Origin: Coleofasciculus sp. B1-GNL1-01
Lineage (GTDB): Bacteria; Cyanobacteriota; Cyanobacteriia; Cyanobacteriales; Coleofasciculaceae
DNA length: 64,000 bases
Assembly (NCBI GenBank): GCA_040220235.1
Contig: JAVJTO010000094.1
Direction: 5' to 3' (one strand)
Part shown: in pieces, positions 22,222 through 31,544 of the stretch
Layout: each line of letters begins with the position of its first letter
Position numbering within the stretch: the stretch's first letter is position 1
Made by a program: the position numbers and the translations under genes
The notes under the pieces: model-generated
Seen by the model: the letters and a program-made list of their open reading frames with translations, nothing else
Told to the model about the DNA's origin: nothing
The model's database searches: none

Positions 22222-22439
22222 TAATTAGGGCTTGCTGCACAAAGCCAAAACCGCAAAACCCATCAATACTTTGAGCTTTATTGAAACAGGGTTTGATTCA
22301 AGGAAATCGGGTAGTATCCTTCATCAGTATGGCATCACCTTGCTCAGGACAAATGTACCCTTGCTCCCCCAGCTCCCCCAGCTCCCCCAGCTTCCCCCGC
22401 TCCCCCTCACCACAAAACTTATTCAGCAGCCCCTAATTA
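22222..22439. mobile_element. MITE-like element
   Basis: Imperfect 16-bp TIRs TAATTAGGGCTTGCTG / CAGCAGCCCCTAATTA; internal (GCTCCCCCA)n repeats. Confidence 0.6.
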
Positions 22440-22509
22440 GGCTCTTATCTCCAACGACGAACTAAGATATCGTGAGAGAAGAACTCCCGTTAAGAGAAAA
22501 TCCTTTTCA

Positions 22510-23715
22510 ATGACTGCGACTACTCCCAACTCCGCCAAACACAAAAAAGCCAAAGCCCTGAAACCAGGGAAGATCCGCCCTGCAAAGGAACTCTGTAGCG
22601 AATGTGGTCTGTGTAATACATACTATATTCATTATGTCAAGGAAGCTTGTGCTTTTCTTAACCAACAGATTCCCGAATTAGAAACCCAAACCCATGGACG
22701 TAGCCGGAATCTGGATAATCCCGATGATTGGTATTTCGGCGTCAACCAGGACATGATGGCGGCGCGGAAACTTCAACCGATTGAAGGGGCGCAGTGGACA
22801 GGAATTGTTAGCACCATTGCCATTGAAATGCTCACCAGTGGCAAAGTTGAAGGCGTTGTCTGTGTGCAGAATACCAAAGAAGACCGTTTTCAACCGATGC
22901 CGATTATCGCCCGAACACCAGAAGAGATTCTCGCCGCCCGGGTGAATAAGCCCACCCTGTCTCCTAATCTTTCGGTATTAGAACAAATTGAACAGTCGGG
23001 GATGAAACGCCTATTAGTGATTGGCGTCGGCTGTCAAATTCAAGCATTACGGGCGGTGGAAAAAGAATTGGGCTTAGAAAAACTCTATGTTTTGGGGACG
23101 CCCTGTGTGGATAATGTCACCCGCGCTGGCTTGCAGAAATTCCTGGAAACCACCAGCAAATCCCCCGATACCGTCGTGCATTATGAGTTCATGCAGGACT
23201 TTCAAGTTCACTTCAAACACGAAGATGGGTCTATTGAGAAAGTCCCCTTCTTTGGATTGAATACGAAAGAACTTAAGGATGTATTTGCCCCCTCTTGTAT
23301 GAGTTGTTTCGATTACGTCAACTCTCTAGCGGATTTAGTGGTTGGTTACATGGGCGCACCCTTTGGTTGGCAATGGATTGTGGTGCGAAATGACCGGGGA
23401 CAGGAAATGCTGGATCTGGTGCAAAATCAGCTAGAAACGCAATCGGTTACGTCTAAGGGCGATCGACATCAAGCCGTGCAACAGAGTATTCCGGCGTATG
23501 ATAAAGGGGTAACGTTACCGATGTGGGCAGCAAAATTAATGGGGGTGGTGATTGAAAAGATTGGTCCAAAGGGATTGGAGTATGCTCGTTTCTCGATTGA
23601 CTCCCACTTTACCCGCAATTATCTCTATGTGAAGCGCCATCACCCAAAGAAATTAGCGGCGCATATTCCAGAGTTTGCCAAGCGAATTGTGGGACAGTAT
23701 ACTTTACCTGATTAA
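22510..23715 (+). CDS. bciB: Ferredoxin-dependent 8-vinyl (proto)chlorophyllide reductase, FrhB-like
   Basis: CSECGLC Fe-S motif, GAQWTGIVS, GTPCVDN, SCMSCFDY; matches the cyanobacterial BciB/CvrA (Slr1923) family. Confidence 0.85.
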   Translation: MTATTPNSAKHKKAKALKPGKIRPAKELCSECGLCNTYYIHYVKEACAFLNQQIPELETQTHGRSRNLDNPDDWYFGVNQDMMAARKLQPIEGAQWTGIVSTIAIEMLTSGKVEGVVCVQNTKEDRFQPMPIIARTPEEILAARVNKPTLSPNLSVLEQIEQSGMKRLLVIGVGCQIQALRAVEKELGLEKLYVLGTPCVDNVTRAGLQKFLETTSKSPDTVVHYEFMQDFQVHFKHEDGSIEKVPFFGLNTKELKDVFAPSCMSCFDYVNSLADLVVGYMGAPFGWQWIVVRNDRGQEMLDLVQNQLETQSVTSKGDRHQAVQQSIPAYDKGVTLPMWAAKLMGVVIEKIGPKGLEYARFSIDSHFTRNYLYVKRHHPKKLAAHIPEFAKRIVGQYTLPD

Positions 23716-23959
23716 GAGAGTTATCACTCACGGGAGTCGGGTTAGGTTGCGGCTTCAACCAATCAGTATCAAGCGCAACTGACCCGAACTCAATCGATAG
23801 GGTATAGTTTCAGCAAAACGCGATCGCACGCTCAAAAATAATACTATTCCCCTCTGAACAGATACCGGACTCTCATCCCAACTCTTATCAATTCTGTTAT
23901 ATAGCGCGTCTAAATGAAACGCGAACTCGTCTTGTTCCCTGTTCTCTACATTTAAACCA

Positions 23960-24373
23960 ATGCCGTCCAAAACCTTTATTGTTCGCGCCCACGCGAGAAC
24001 CATCTATACTCGCCCTGTCACATTTATATGTGCCAAGTGCAATCAGGCAACGACTCGCGAATGTTATCCGGGTACGCCACCGAAATACTGCCTCAACTGT
24101 GCGCCGAAGAAGAAGAAAGCCTCAGCCAGCCGAACACCCGAAAAGGGTATGTTTAAACCCACTCATCACTTAGTTGCTCATAGAACAGGTGAACAGATAC
24201 CCGTATGCTTAGAAACCTCCCCTGATCCGGGATGGTTCTGGGTGCGTACTGCCCTGGATTGGTTTTCTGGAGAGTCGATTATTCAATATCACAGACAGAA
24301 GGGATTATATAGTCGAGACAAACCCTTGGCGGATTACTCCTTGGAGGAGATAGCCTCTGACACAGGGACTTAA
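23960..24373 (+). CDS. Hypothetical protein with Cys-rich zinc-ribbon-like N-terminus
   Basis: CAKC...CYPG...CLNC followed by a basic linker. Confidence 0.7.
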   Translation: MPSKTFIVRAHARTIYTRPVTFICAKCNQATTRECYPGTPPKYCLNCAPKKKKASASRTPEKGMFKPTHHLVAHRTGEQIPVCLETSPDPGWFWVRTALDWFSGESIIQYHRQKGLYSRDKPLADYSLEEIASDTGT

Positions 24374-24801
24374 CGGTTGGACACTCTCAATGTCTTGAAG
24401 ATATCAGGAATCTGGCTAATCCACAAACGATTTGCCCAGTTTTGTGTGGCAGGTTTTAGCGATCGCTGCGTCTGAAAGCGTGCAAATAAGCGGTCTAATT
24501 CACTTTTACCACCTTCATCCCACAGCATTTCAATCGGTTTAAATTGCTCGGTATCGGGAAAATCAGGACGGTGGCGAGTTAATCGTTCAGCGTATTGGGT
24601 CAACGGCTGAAAGTGAATCGAATAATAGAGTCTGTTGACTGGATAGTTTCTGATTTCAAAGCAGGGAAAAAATTCTGGAAAGCGTTCCCTGGCTTCTTTA
24701 AAGCGGTTATAGATATCCCGTTCCCAGCGCTTGCGGGTAATATCATCAATGTCTATATCTTGCTCAGTGAGGAGAATCATCGAATTGTTGGAACGGTACA
24801 T
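24370..24801 (-). CDS. Hypothetical protein
   Basis: 143-aa ATG ORF, convergent with the previous gene (4-nt overlap). Confidence 0.6.
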   Translation of the reverse strand: MYRSNNSMILLTEQDIDIDDITRKRWERDIYNRFKEARERFPEFFPCFEIRNYPVNRLYYSIHFQPLTQYAERLTRHRPDFPDTEQFKPIEMLWDEGGKSELDRLFARFQTQRSLKPATQNWANRLWISQIPDIFKTLRVSNR

Positions 24802-25158
24802 AAGGGGAGGGAACTTGCTTCACTTTCTACTTTAGAAAGGGCGTGTGACAAGGTTATGACAAATTAATGACGATCTTATCAAGGGGTGACAAGGGAGTTG
24901 AGGTGTAGGCAGGGTATGGGGTGTAGGGCGTAGGGTGTAGGGTGTAGGGTGTAGGGAGGGCTTCACAACCTTTGAAGGAATCTGGTTTTGACGTTAGTAA
25001 GGGCGGGTTTTGCTACAGATGTTATCGGTGAGATTCGACATTGAGTGCCTAAACCCGCCCCTACAGCGTGTTGTATTCTTTAGATTTGGGGTTAGTAAGG
25101 GCGGGTTTTGCTACAAATGTTATCGGTGGGATTCAACATTGAGTGCCTAAACCCGCCC

Positions 25159-26754
25159 CTACAGCGCCAATGCCAACCCATCCCCACGGGGTTCAGACGC
25201 CGCCACGAAAACGCCTCCCTGCCGTAAGATTATCTGACCCTTGCCAAACCGTTTTTCATCGGTACTCATTTCAATATGATGTCCCCGTTGAGCAAGTGCC
25301 AAAGCCACATCAGACGGTACAGTTGGCTCTAAAAGTACCTGATTTCCGGCGATAAACTGCCATCGCGGTGCATCCAGTGCTGCTTGGGGATTCATGCCGT
25401 AGTCTGCCAGATTCACCACCATTTGTAGATGTCCTTGGGGTTGCATATATTCCCCCATGACGCCAAAGGGTCCTAAGGGTTGACCGTCTTGGCTGAGGAA
25501 GCTGGGAATTATCGTATGATAGGGACGTTTCCCTGGTGCAACTTGATTGGGATGACCTGCTTCTAGGGTGAAACCATAGCCGCGATTGTGTAGGGCAATC
25601 CCTGTACCCGGAATCAGAATCCCACTACCAAACCCTTGATAATTGGATTGAATCAACGACACCATCAACTCCCCATCGGCGGCGGCTAAATAGACGGTTC
25701 CGCCTTTGGCTAAACCAGGTTGGGCTAAGGGAATCGCGGTGTCTGTGATTAACTGGCGACGGGTTTGGGCATAGTCTTTATCCAGGAGTCGCTCAACTGC
25801 CATGTCCATAAATCGAGGATCGGCGATATAACGTTTGGCATCGGCAAAAGCCAGCTTCATCGCTTCAATTTGCAGGTGATAGCTGTCTACCGAGTCACGG
25901 GGATATTGACGTAAATTGAATCCTTCCAGGATATTTAAGGCGATTAATGCCGTTAATCCTTGGGTATTGGGCGGAATTTCCCAAACCCGTAAGTCTCGAT
26001 AGGTGGTGGAAATCGGGTTCACCCAATCCGCTTGATGGGCGGCGAAATCGGCTACGGTTAATAAGCCCCCCGTATTGGCAGCAAAATTCGCGATCGCACG
26101 AGCAATATCTCCCTGATAAAAGCATTCACCCCCCGTTTGGGCAATCTGGGTTAAGGTTTGAGCATGAGCCTCACTTCCCCACACCTCTCCCGGATGCGGC
26201 GCCCGGTTATGGGGGAAAAAGACAGATTTAAATGGCTCAAATTCTCGCCCCTGTAGGGGAAGGAAAATCGCCTCCGCCTGTTTCCAAGCGGTTGCGGTAA
26301 CTGGGGAAACTGGATATCCGGCTTGAGCATAACGAATCGCCGGGGCAAATAACTGCTCAAAGGGTAATTTCCCCCACCGTTGCCATAATGTTCGCCAAGC
26401 CGAGACACAGCCAGGTACGGTGACGGGTAACCACCCCCGTTGCGGGATGTCTTCCATCCCAGCAAAATGGTTTAAGGTTAAAGCTTGAGGACTTTTACCC
26501 GAGGCGTTAAGTCCATGTAACTGACCATCCCAGACTAAGGCAAAGGTGTCAGACCCAATTCCGTTAGAGGTAGGTTCAACTACCGTGAGTGCGATCGCCA
26601 TGGCTAATGCTGCATCAATAGCATTCCCCCCCGCCCAAATCATCTCCATCCCCGCTAATGTGGCTAGGGGTTGGCTGGTGGCGACAGCACAGTGCTTGCC
26701 CATGATTACCCGTCGCGTAGAAGGGTAGGGGTAGTGAGTTAGGTTATTGGTCAT
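25159..26754 (-). CDS. ggt: Gamma-glutamyltransferase family protein
   Basis: GGNAIDAA, VVEPTSNGIG, GG-TVY autoprocessing Thr, KRPYHTIIP. Confidence 0.93.
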   Translation of the reverse strand: MTNNLTHYPYPSTRRVIMGKHCAVATSQPLATLAGMEMIWAGGNAIDAALAMAIALTVVEPTSNGIGSDTFALVWDGQLHGLNASGKSPQALTLNHFAGMEDIPQRGWLPVTVPGCVSAWRTLWQRWGKLPFEQLFAPAIRYAQAGYPVSPVTATAWKQAEAIFLPLQGREFEPFKSVFFPHNRAPHPGEVWGSEAHAQTLTQIAQTGGECFYQGDIARAIANFAANTGGLLTVADFAAHQADWVNPISTTYRDLRVWEIPPNTQGLTALIALNILEGFNLRQYPRDSVDSYHLQIEAMKLAFADAKRYIADPRFMDMAVERLLDKDYAQTRRQLITDTAIPLAQPGLAKGGTVYLAAADGELMVSLIQSNYQGFGSGILIPGTGIALHNRGYGFTLEAGHPNQVAPGKRPYHTIIPSFLSQDGQPLGPFGVMGEYMQPQGHLQMVVNLADYGMNPQAALDAPRWQFIAGNQVLLEPTVPSDVALALAQRGHHIEMSTDEKRFGKGQIILRQGGVFVAASEPRGDGLALAL

Positions 26755-26954
26755 TTGTCTTATGTCTTATGTCTTATGTCAAAACACTGATTTCACGGAT
26801 TTATTAGAGAGAGTGAGGTAGGGAAGTGAGAGATTAGTTACACTGATTACATTGAGTGACATCAGGGTGAAAATCTTCCCGTTAATGATAAAATTTGCCC
26901 CTACATCACCCTCATCTTCCAGACGCGCCATGGCGCGTCTCTACATTGCTTTCC

Positions 26955-27332
26955 TCAAACCAAGGCTTCACTACAAACAATTATTGGAACTAGGTAATCC
27001 TCATCTTTTTGGCGACGGTTTAGCCATTCGTGTCGGTCATATTGGGCGTAAAGTTGCTTGAGTTTGATAAACAGTTCATTCCCGGTTATACTATTCCGTT
27101 TTAGCCGATTTAACTCGCGCTTGAGTCCTGTGGTGACGGGTTCGCGGAAGGCTTTTTCTAATAGGTTAATTTGCGCTTTGATGTCCTCATCATTAATCGT
27201 TTCAAAAAAGAGTCGGAGTTCCCGTAAACTATAGCGTTGTCCTTGGCTAAGATTGCGGCTATAGTCTCGTTCCGATTGACGGTGTTTCACATCTTCGGCA
27301 AATTGACGTTTAATTCTATACGAATATAACAC
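26955..27332 (-). pseudogene. C-terminal fragment, probably of a PLD-SNF2-type helicase gene
   Basis: Helical ORF ending PIIVCSEALV, abutting the TnpB element, on the same strand as the PLD fragment on the other side of it. The family call is from recall. Confidence 0.5.
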
Positions 27333-28552
27333 CGATTAAGTAGATTAAACCAATGCTATTAGGTTTTAAGACCGAATTAAAACTTAATAACAAGCAGCGA
27401 ACGGCGCTAGCTAAACACGCTGGCGTTTCTCGCCATGCTTGGAATTGGGGTTTAGGTTTAACCAAACAGATACTCTTACACAATCGGGACAACCCAGAGG
27501 ATAAAATCAAGTTTCCTACTGGGATTGACTTGCACTCATTGTTGGTAGCTCTGGTTAAACCCATTTGCCCTTGGTATTACGAAGTGAGTAAATGCGCCCC
27601 TCAGTATGCGCTTAGGCAATTAGCTCAAGCCTGGAAAGATGCGTTTAAGAAAAATAAAAAGCCACCTCGGTTTAAGAAGAAAGGACGGGGAGATAGCTTT
27701 ACCCTAGATGGCTCAATTGCACTTGAGCATTTTAAAATCAGGGTTCCGGTTATTGGCTGGTTGAGGACGCATGAGCGGCTGCCCGTCTGTTTTCAGCCCA
27801 AGTCCGTCACCATATCCAGGACAGCAGACCGATGGTTCATCAGCTTTAAGCTGGAACATGAGCCAGTTAACCGACCCAAATCTCACTCTGTAGTGGGCGT
27901 TGATCTTGGTATAAAAGCATTAGCTGTCTTGTCTACTGGGATTGTAGTAGAGGGGGCAAAAGCTTATCGAAAGTACGAGAAGAAACTCTCTCGCCTGCAA
28001 TGGTTAAACCGCCACAAGCAAATCGGTTCGGCTAACTGGAAGTCTTCCCAAATCAAAATAGCTCGTTTGCACCGAAAAATAGCCAACATCAGAAAGGACA
28101 CGTTGCACAAGCTCACATCCTATTTAGCCAAAAACCACAGCCGAATAGGAATAGAAAATTTAAACGTGTCTGGGATGATGGCTAATCATAAGCTAGCCAA
28201 AGCTATCCAGGACATGGGCTTTTATGAGTTTAAACGCCAGCTAGAGTACAAGTGCAAGTTGTACGGGTCAACACTGGTCGTAGTAGACCAATGGTATCCC
28301 TCAACCAAAACCTGTTCTCGTTGTCATGTCATCAAGGATGAAATGCCTTTATCTGAGCAGGTTTTTCGGTGTGATAACTGCGGATTGGAAATTGATCGAG
28401 ATTTCAACGCTTCCATTAATTTGGAAGTAGCCGCCAGTTAGGTGGGGGAGAGCCTGTGGACTGCTTAAGTGCCGTCACGGCCAGAATGAAGCAGGAAGTA
28501 AACAGCAAAATTTACCAGGTATTGGTAGATTTGTGTAAGTTTTATGTAACGG
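27333..28552 (+). mobile_element. Non-autonomous TnpB-only element, probably IS607-derived
   Basis: tnpB without tnpA. The right end TAGATTTGTGTAAGTTTTATGTAACGG has short direct repeats and a terminal GG, as in IS607 ends. The left end is uncertain. Confidence 0.65.
27353..28441 (+). CDS. tnpB: RNA-guided endonuclease TnpB
   Basis: RuvC D (GVDLG), E (IENL) and D (DRDFNA); zinc ribbon CSRC...CDNC. Confidence 0.93.
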   Translation: MLLGFKTELKLNNKQRTALAKHAGVSRHAWNWGLGLTKQILLHNRDNPEDKIKFPTGIDLHSLLVALVKPICPWYYEVSKCAPQYALRQLAQAWKDAFKKNKKPPRFKKKGRGDSFTLDGSIALEHFKIRVPVIGWLRTHERLPVCFQPKSVTISRTADRWFISFKLEHEPVNRPKSHSVVGVDLGIKALAVLSTGIVVEGAKAYRKYEKKLSRLQWLNRHKQIGSANWKSSQIKIARLHRKIANIRKDTLHKLTSYLAKNHSRIGIENLNVSGMMANHKLAKAIQDMGFYEFKRQLEYKCKLYGSTLVVVDQWYPSTKTCSRCHVIKDEMPLSEQVFRCDNCGLEIDRDFNASINLEVAAS

Positions 28553-28555
28553 TTT

Positions 28556-28951
28556 TCATTTCATATAGATATCGTAGGGGCGGGTTGGTGCCATTACCCA
28601 CGACTGCTGCATCTGCTGCATTAGGGTTTCGTCGAAGTCTTCGGCGTCTTCCCAGAGTTGGTTATACCAGTGGGTGAGTTGTTGGTGGTTGTCGTTTCCG
28701 TGAACAATAACATTGAGTTCAGTATTATGGGAAATGCCGGATAGGGTGAGATTAGAGGAACCGACAACAGCAATACCATTTTCGGCGCGATCGACGAGTT
28801 GTCCCAATTGGTTATAAACTGTACCATAGTCGAAGATGGAGGCTTTGGCGTGGAGTCGTCCTTTGGTATACACCCGAACCTGTAAGCGTTTTTCTTCGAG
28901 CATTTGTACCAGGTTTCTGACCAAGGTTTCCGCTGCATCGGTTTGATCCAT
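28556..28951 (-). pseudogene. Phospholipase-D-like (HKD) nuclease domain fragment, N-terminal part of a helicase-type gene
   Basis: LHAKASIFD...VGSSNLTLSGISHNTELN PLD motif, followed by PYDIYMK and a stop at the IS boundary. Confidence 0.75.
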
Positions 28952-29095
28952 TAATTCTACGCTAGACCGGATATTTTCGGCGGTTGGTGAGTGCTAGTGG
29001 AAAGAGCGATCGCGTTGTTGAGCCAAACCCTAGAACCTTTGTGGCAACAAGCTCCTCAGCCAGTGCTAGTGGAAAGAGCGATCGCGTAAAGTAAC

Positions 29096-29198
29096 TATAG
29101 CAATCCTAAATAGGACGCAACAATTGAAGGGCTTGAAATCTAGGTATAGCAAGGGTTTCAGCTTTGAAAATTGCCACAACCTAAATAGGATTGCTATA
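29096..29198. mobile_element. MITE-like element with TATAGC...GCTATA termini
   Basis: 19-bp TIRs TATAGCAATCCTAAATAGG / CCTAAATAGGATTGCTATA. Confidence 0.7.
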
Positions 29199-29593
29199 TG
29201 TGTTCTAATGGTGTTCTTCTAGCCCAGAGTCGTCTTGCCGTCTGAATAGTCCTGGTCGCCCTAATTTTCTCTCATCACTGCGGAATTAGCCCTGCTTTTG
29301 AAGGGGGACGGGAGGGGGATCAAAGGGGATATAGGTAGCGAATGTTACCTAAAGCAGCTTTCCTTTGTGACTTTCCTGAAAACTCTTCCTTTAGATAGAG
29401 GCACATTCCACTCTTCTGTGGGAAAAAACTGTTGTGTATGCTTAATCATGTAATCACTAGGGCAATCTGAGACAGGTTCAGTAATCACTTGCCTATTATC
29501 AGGACTCGTTTGGTAAACTGCTGGAGTCAAAAAACTAATTTGTTCCATTATCACTTGGAATAGATGAAGTAAACCTCTCTACTCAATAGGATT

Positions 29594-29788
29594 ATGATAC
29601 TAGGACTTCTTACAGTTTACTTATTAATCGCTGGATTATTTTGCATAAACTGGTTAAATGCATTCCAGAAAGAGACGAATTTATCGTCGGAGCAAAAATT
29701 CCGGTGTCGGATAGTCTTTATCATTGCTACCGTTTTTTGGCCTCTCATCTTCCCAATTTCATACCTGGAACACTGTTCGAGAGTTTAG
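29594..29788 (+). CDS. Small two-TM hypothetical protein
   Basis: IATVFWPLIFPISYLE motif, typical of small cyanobacterial membrane proteins; AGGA RBS. Confidence 0.65.
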   Translation: MILGLLTVYLLIAGLFCINWLNAFQKETNLSSEQKFRCRIVFIIATVFWPLIFPISYLEHCSRV

Positions 29789-29925
29789 GGAATGGAGAGT
29801 GAGAAAGCTTGAACCAGCTTTTTCCAACCTGAATAAGAGTGGGCATCTTGCCTGCTTCATTATTTGGGCAGAGTTGGGCTGACACAAGCCCAACTAATCG
29901 TGGCATCCTAAATAAAGAGAGAGTT

Positions 29926-31449
29926 ATGAGATCAAGGATGTCAGAAGCGTCAGCACAAAAGCGGATAGTCGTCGTTGGTGCAGGATGGGCAGGTTTAGGT
30001 GCGACTTATCATCTTGCTCAACAAGGCTACGATGTTACTCTTCTAGAAGCCACCCCCTATCCTGGTGGATTAGTAGCTGGATGGAAAACCTCTGGCGGAC
30101 GTTCAGTCGAGGGGGGTATTCATGGGTTCTGGTATCCCTATCGCAATATCTTTCGCCTGGTTCACGAATTGGGACTCCAACCCTTCACTCCTTTTACCCA
30201 TTCTTCCCAATATTCTCCGGCTGGGTTAGAAGTCGAATCGCCTCTGTTTCAGAATGAGTTCCCGCTTCCTACCCCATTGGGAACGTTTCTCTATCCCAAG
30301 TTTAGACGCCTACCTCTGATTGACAGGCTTTCTGCTTTACCTCTCCTGTATGCTCTGATTGATTTTGATAATTCTGATCAAGCATGGCAACGTTACGATA
30401 AGGTAACTGCCCGCGAACTCTTTAAACAGTTTGGTGTCTCTGCCCGATTGTATCGAGATTCCTTTGAACCGATGCTATTGGTGGGGTTATTTGCCCCTGG
30501 TGAGCAATGTTCCGCCGCCGCCGCCCTGGGAATGCTCTATTACTTCATTTTGGCTCACCAACCCAATTTTGATGTCGTCTGGTGTCGGGGAACGGTGGCA
30601 GAGATGATTTTTAAACCCTGGGTGGAGCGGATTGAGAAAGCTGGGGGACGAGTGCTGACGAATAAGCGGGTGAATGATATTCTCTTGGACGATAGGGGTA
30701 AGGCGAAAGCGGTTGTCTGCGGTGAGGATGTCTTTGAAGCCGATGCGGTTATTTTTGCCGTTAGTGTCAATGGCATGAAAAAAATTGTCAGTGCGAGTAG
30801 TAACTTGCAACCCTATTCGGAATTCCGGAATTTGAGAAACTTAGGCGCAATTGATGTTCTGGCAACCCGGTTATGGTTTGACCGAAAAGCTATTCTGCGG
30901 AATCCGTCTAATGCTTGTTTTGGCTTTGATCCGACGACGGGGTGGACATTTTTTGATTTGAATGCGCTGCATGATGAATATGCATATCAACCAGGAAGTG
31001 TCATTGAAGCAGATTTTTATCATGCGAATCAGTTATTGCCGATGAGTGATGAGCAAATTGTGGCAAAGGTTCATCGAGATTTAGCTACTTGTGTGCCAGA
31101 GTTTCGGGGTGCTAAGGTTATTGATAGTAGTGTAATTCGTGTGCCGCAAGGGGTAACGCATTTTGCACCGGGAAGTTATCAGTATTTGCTGCCAGCAACC
31201 AGTCCGATTGATAATGTGTTTATGAGTGGGGATTGGGTTGTTACTAATCACGGTTCTTGGTCACAGGAGAAGGCATACATAACGGGTTTAGAGGCGGCAA
31301 ATTTAGTAATTGACCGTTTTGGATATGGAAATAAGGCAACGATTATTCCGGTTGAACCTGATGAACCTCATATTCAAGTGGGGCGGATGATTAATAAAAC
31401 GGTGCGGGATTGGGGGAAAACAGTATTACCTGATTTTTGGTTACCTTAG
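29926..31449 (+). CDS. FAD-dependent oxidoreductase (amine oxidase / carotene desaturase / HpnE-like superfamily)
   Basis: VVVGAGWAGL Rossmann motif, GIHGFW, SWSQEKA. The ORF opens at 29839; the start is likely 29926 or 29938. Confidence 0.85.
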   Translation: MRSRMSEASAQKRIVVVGAGWAGLGATYHLAQQGYDVTLLEATPYPGGLVAGWKTSGGRSVEGGIHGFWYPYRNIFRLVHELGLQPFTPFTHSSQYSPAGLEVESPLFQNEFPLPTPLGTFLYPKFRRLPLIDRLSALPLLYALIDFDNSDQAWQRYDKVTARELFKQFGVSARLYRDSFEPMLLVGLFAPGEQCSAAAALGMLYYFILAHQPNFDVVWCRGTVAEMIFKPWVERIEKAGGRVLTNKRVNDILLDDRGKAKAVVCGEDVFEADAVIFAVSVNGMKKIVSASSNLQPYSEFRNLRNLGAIDVLATRLWFDRKAILRNPSNACFGFDPTTGWTFFDLNALHDEYAYQPGSVIEADFYHANQLLPMSDEQIVAKVHRDLATCVPEFRGAKVIDSSVIRVPQGVTHFAPGSYQYLLPATSPIDNVFMSGDWVVTNHGSWSQEKAYITGLEAANLVIDRFGYGNKATIIPVEPDEPHIQVGRMINKTVRDWGKTVLPDFWLP

Positions 31450-31544
31450 AAGAAAGGCAAAAGGCAGATGGCACTAGGTTAGGGAGGGCGGGTTTTGTTG
31501 AAAGGTTATTGGTCAATAACACAATTAAGCGGCTAAACCCGCCC

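Noticed and set aside
22232..22465. 77-aa ORF (LPQLPQLP)
   Set aside because: It lies within a MITE-like element with 9-bp repeats.
28573..28590. REP-like GTAGGGGCGGGTT inside the PLD fragment
   Set aside because: A single arm only, encoding the plausible native peptide PTRPY; probably coincidental.
28990..29087. Two 26-bp direct repeats (AGTGCTAGTGGAAAGAGCGATCGCGT) separated by 46 bp, resembling a mini-CRISPR
   Set aside because: Only two copies, built around a HIP1 site, with no leader or cas genes; a local duplication is more likely.
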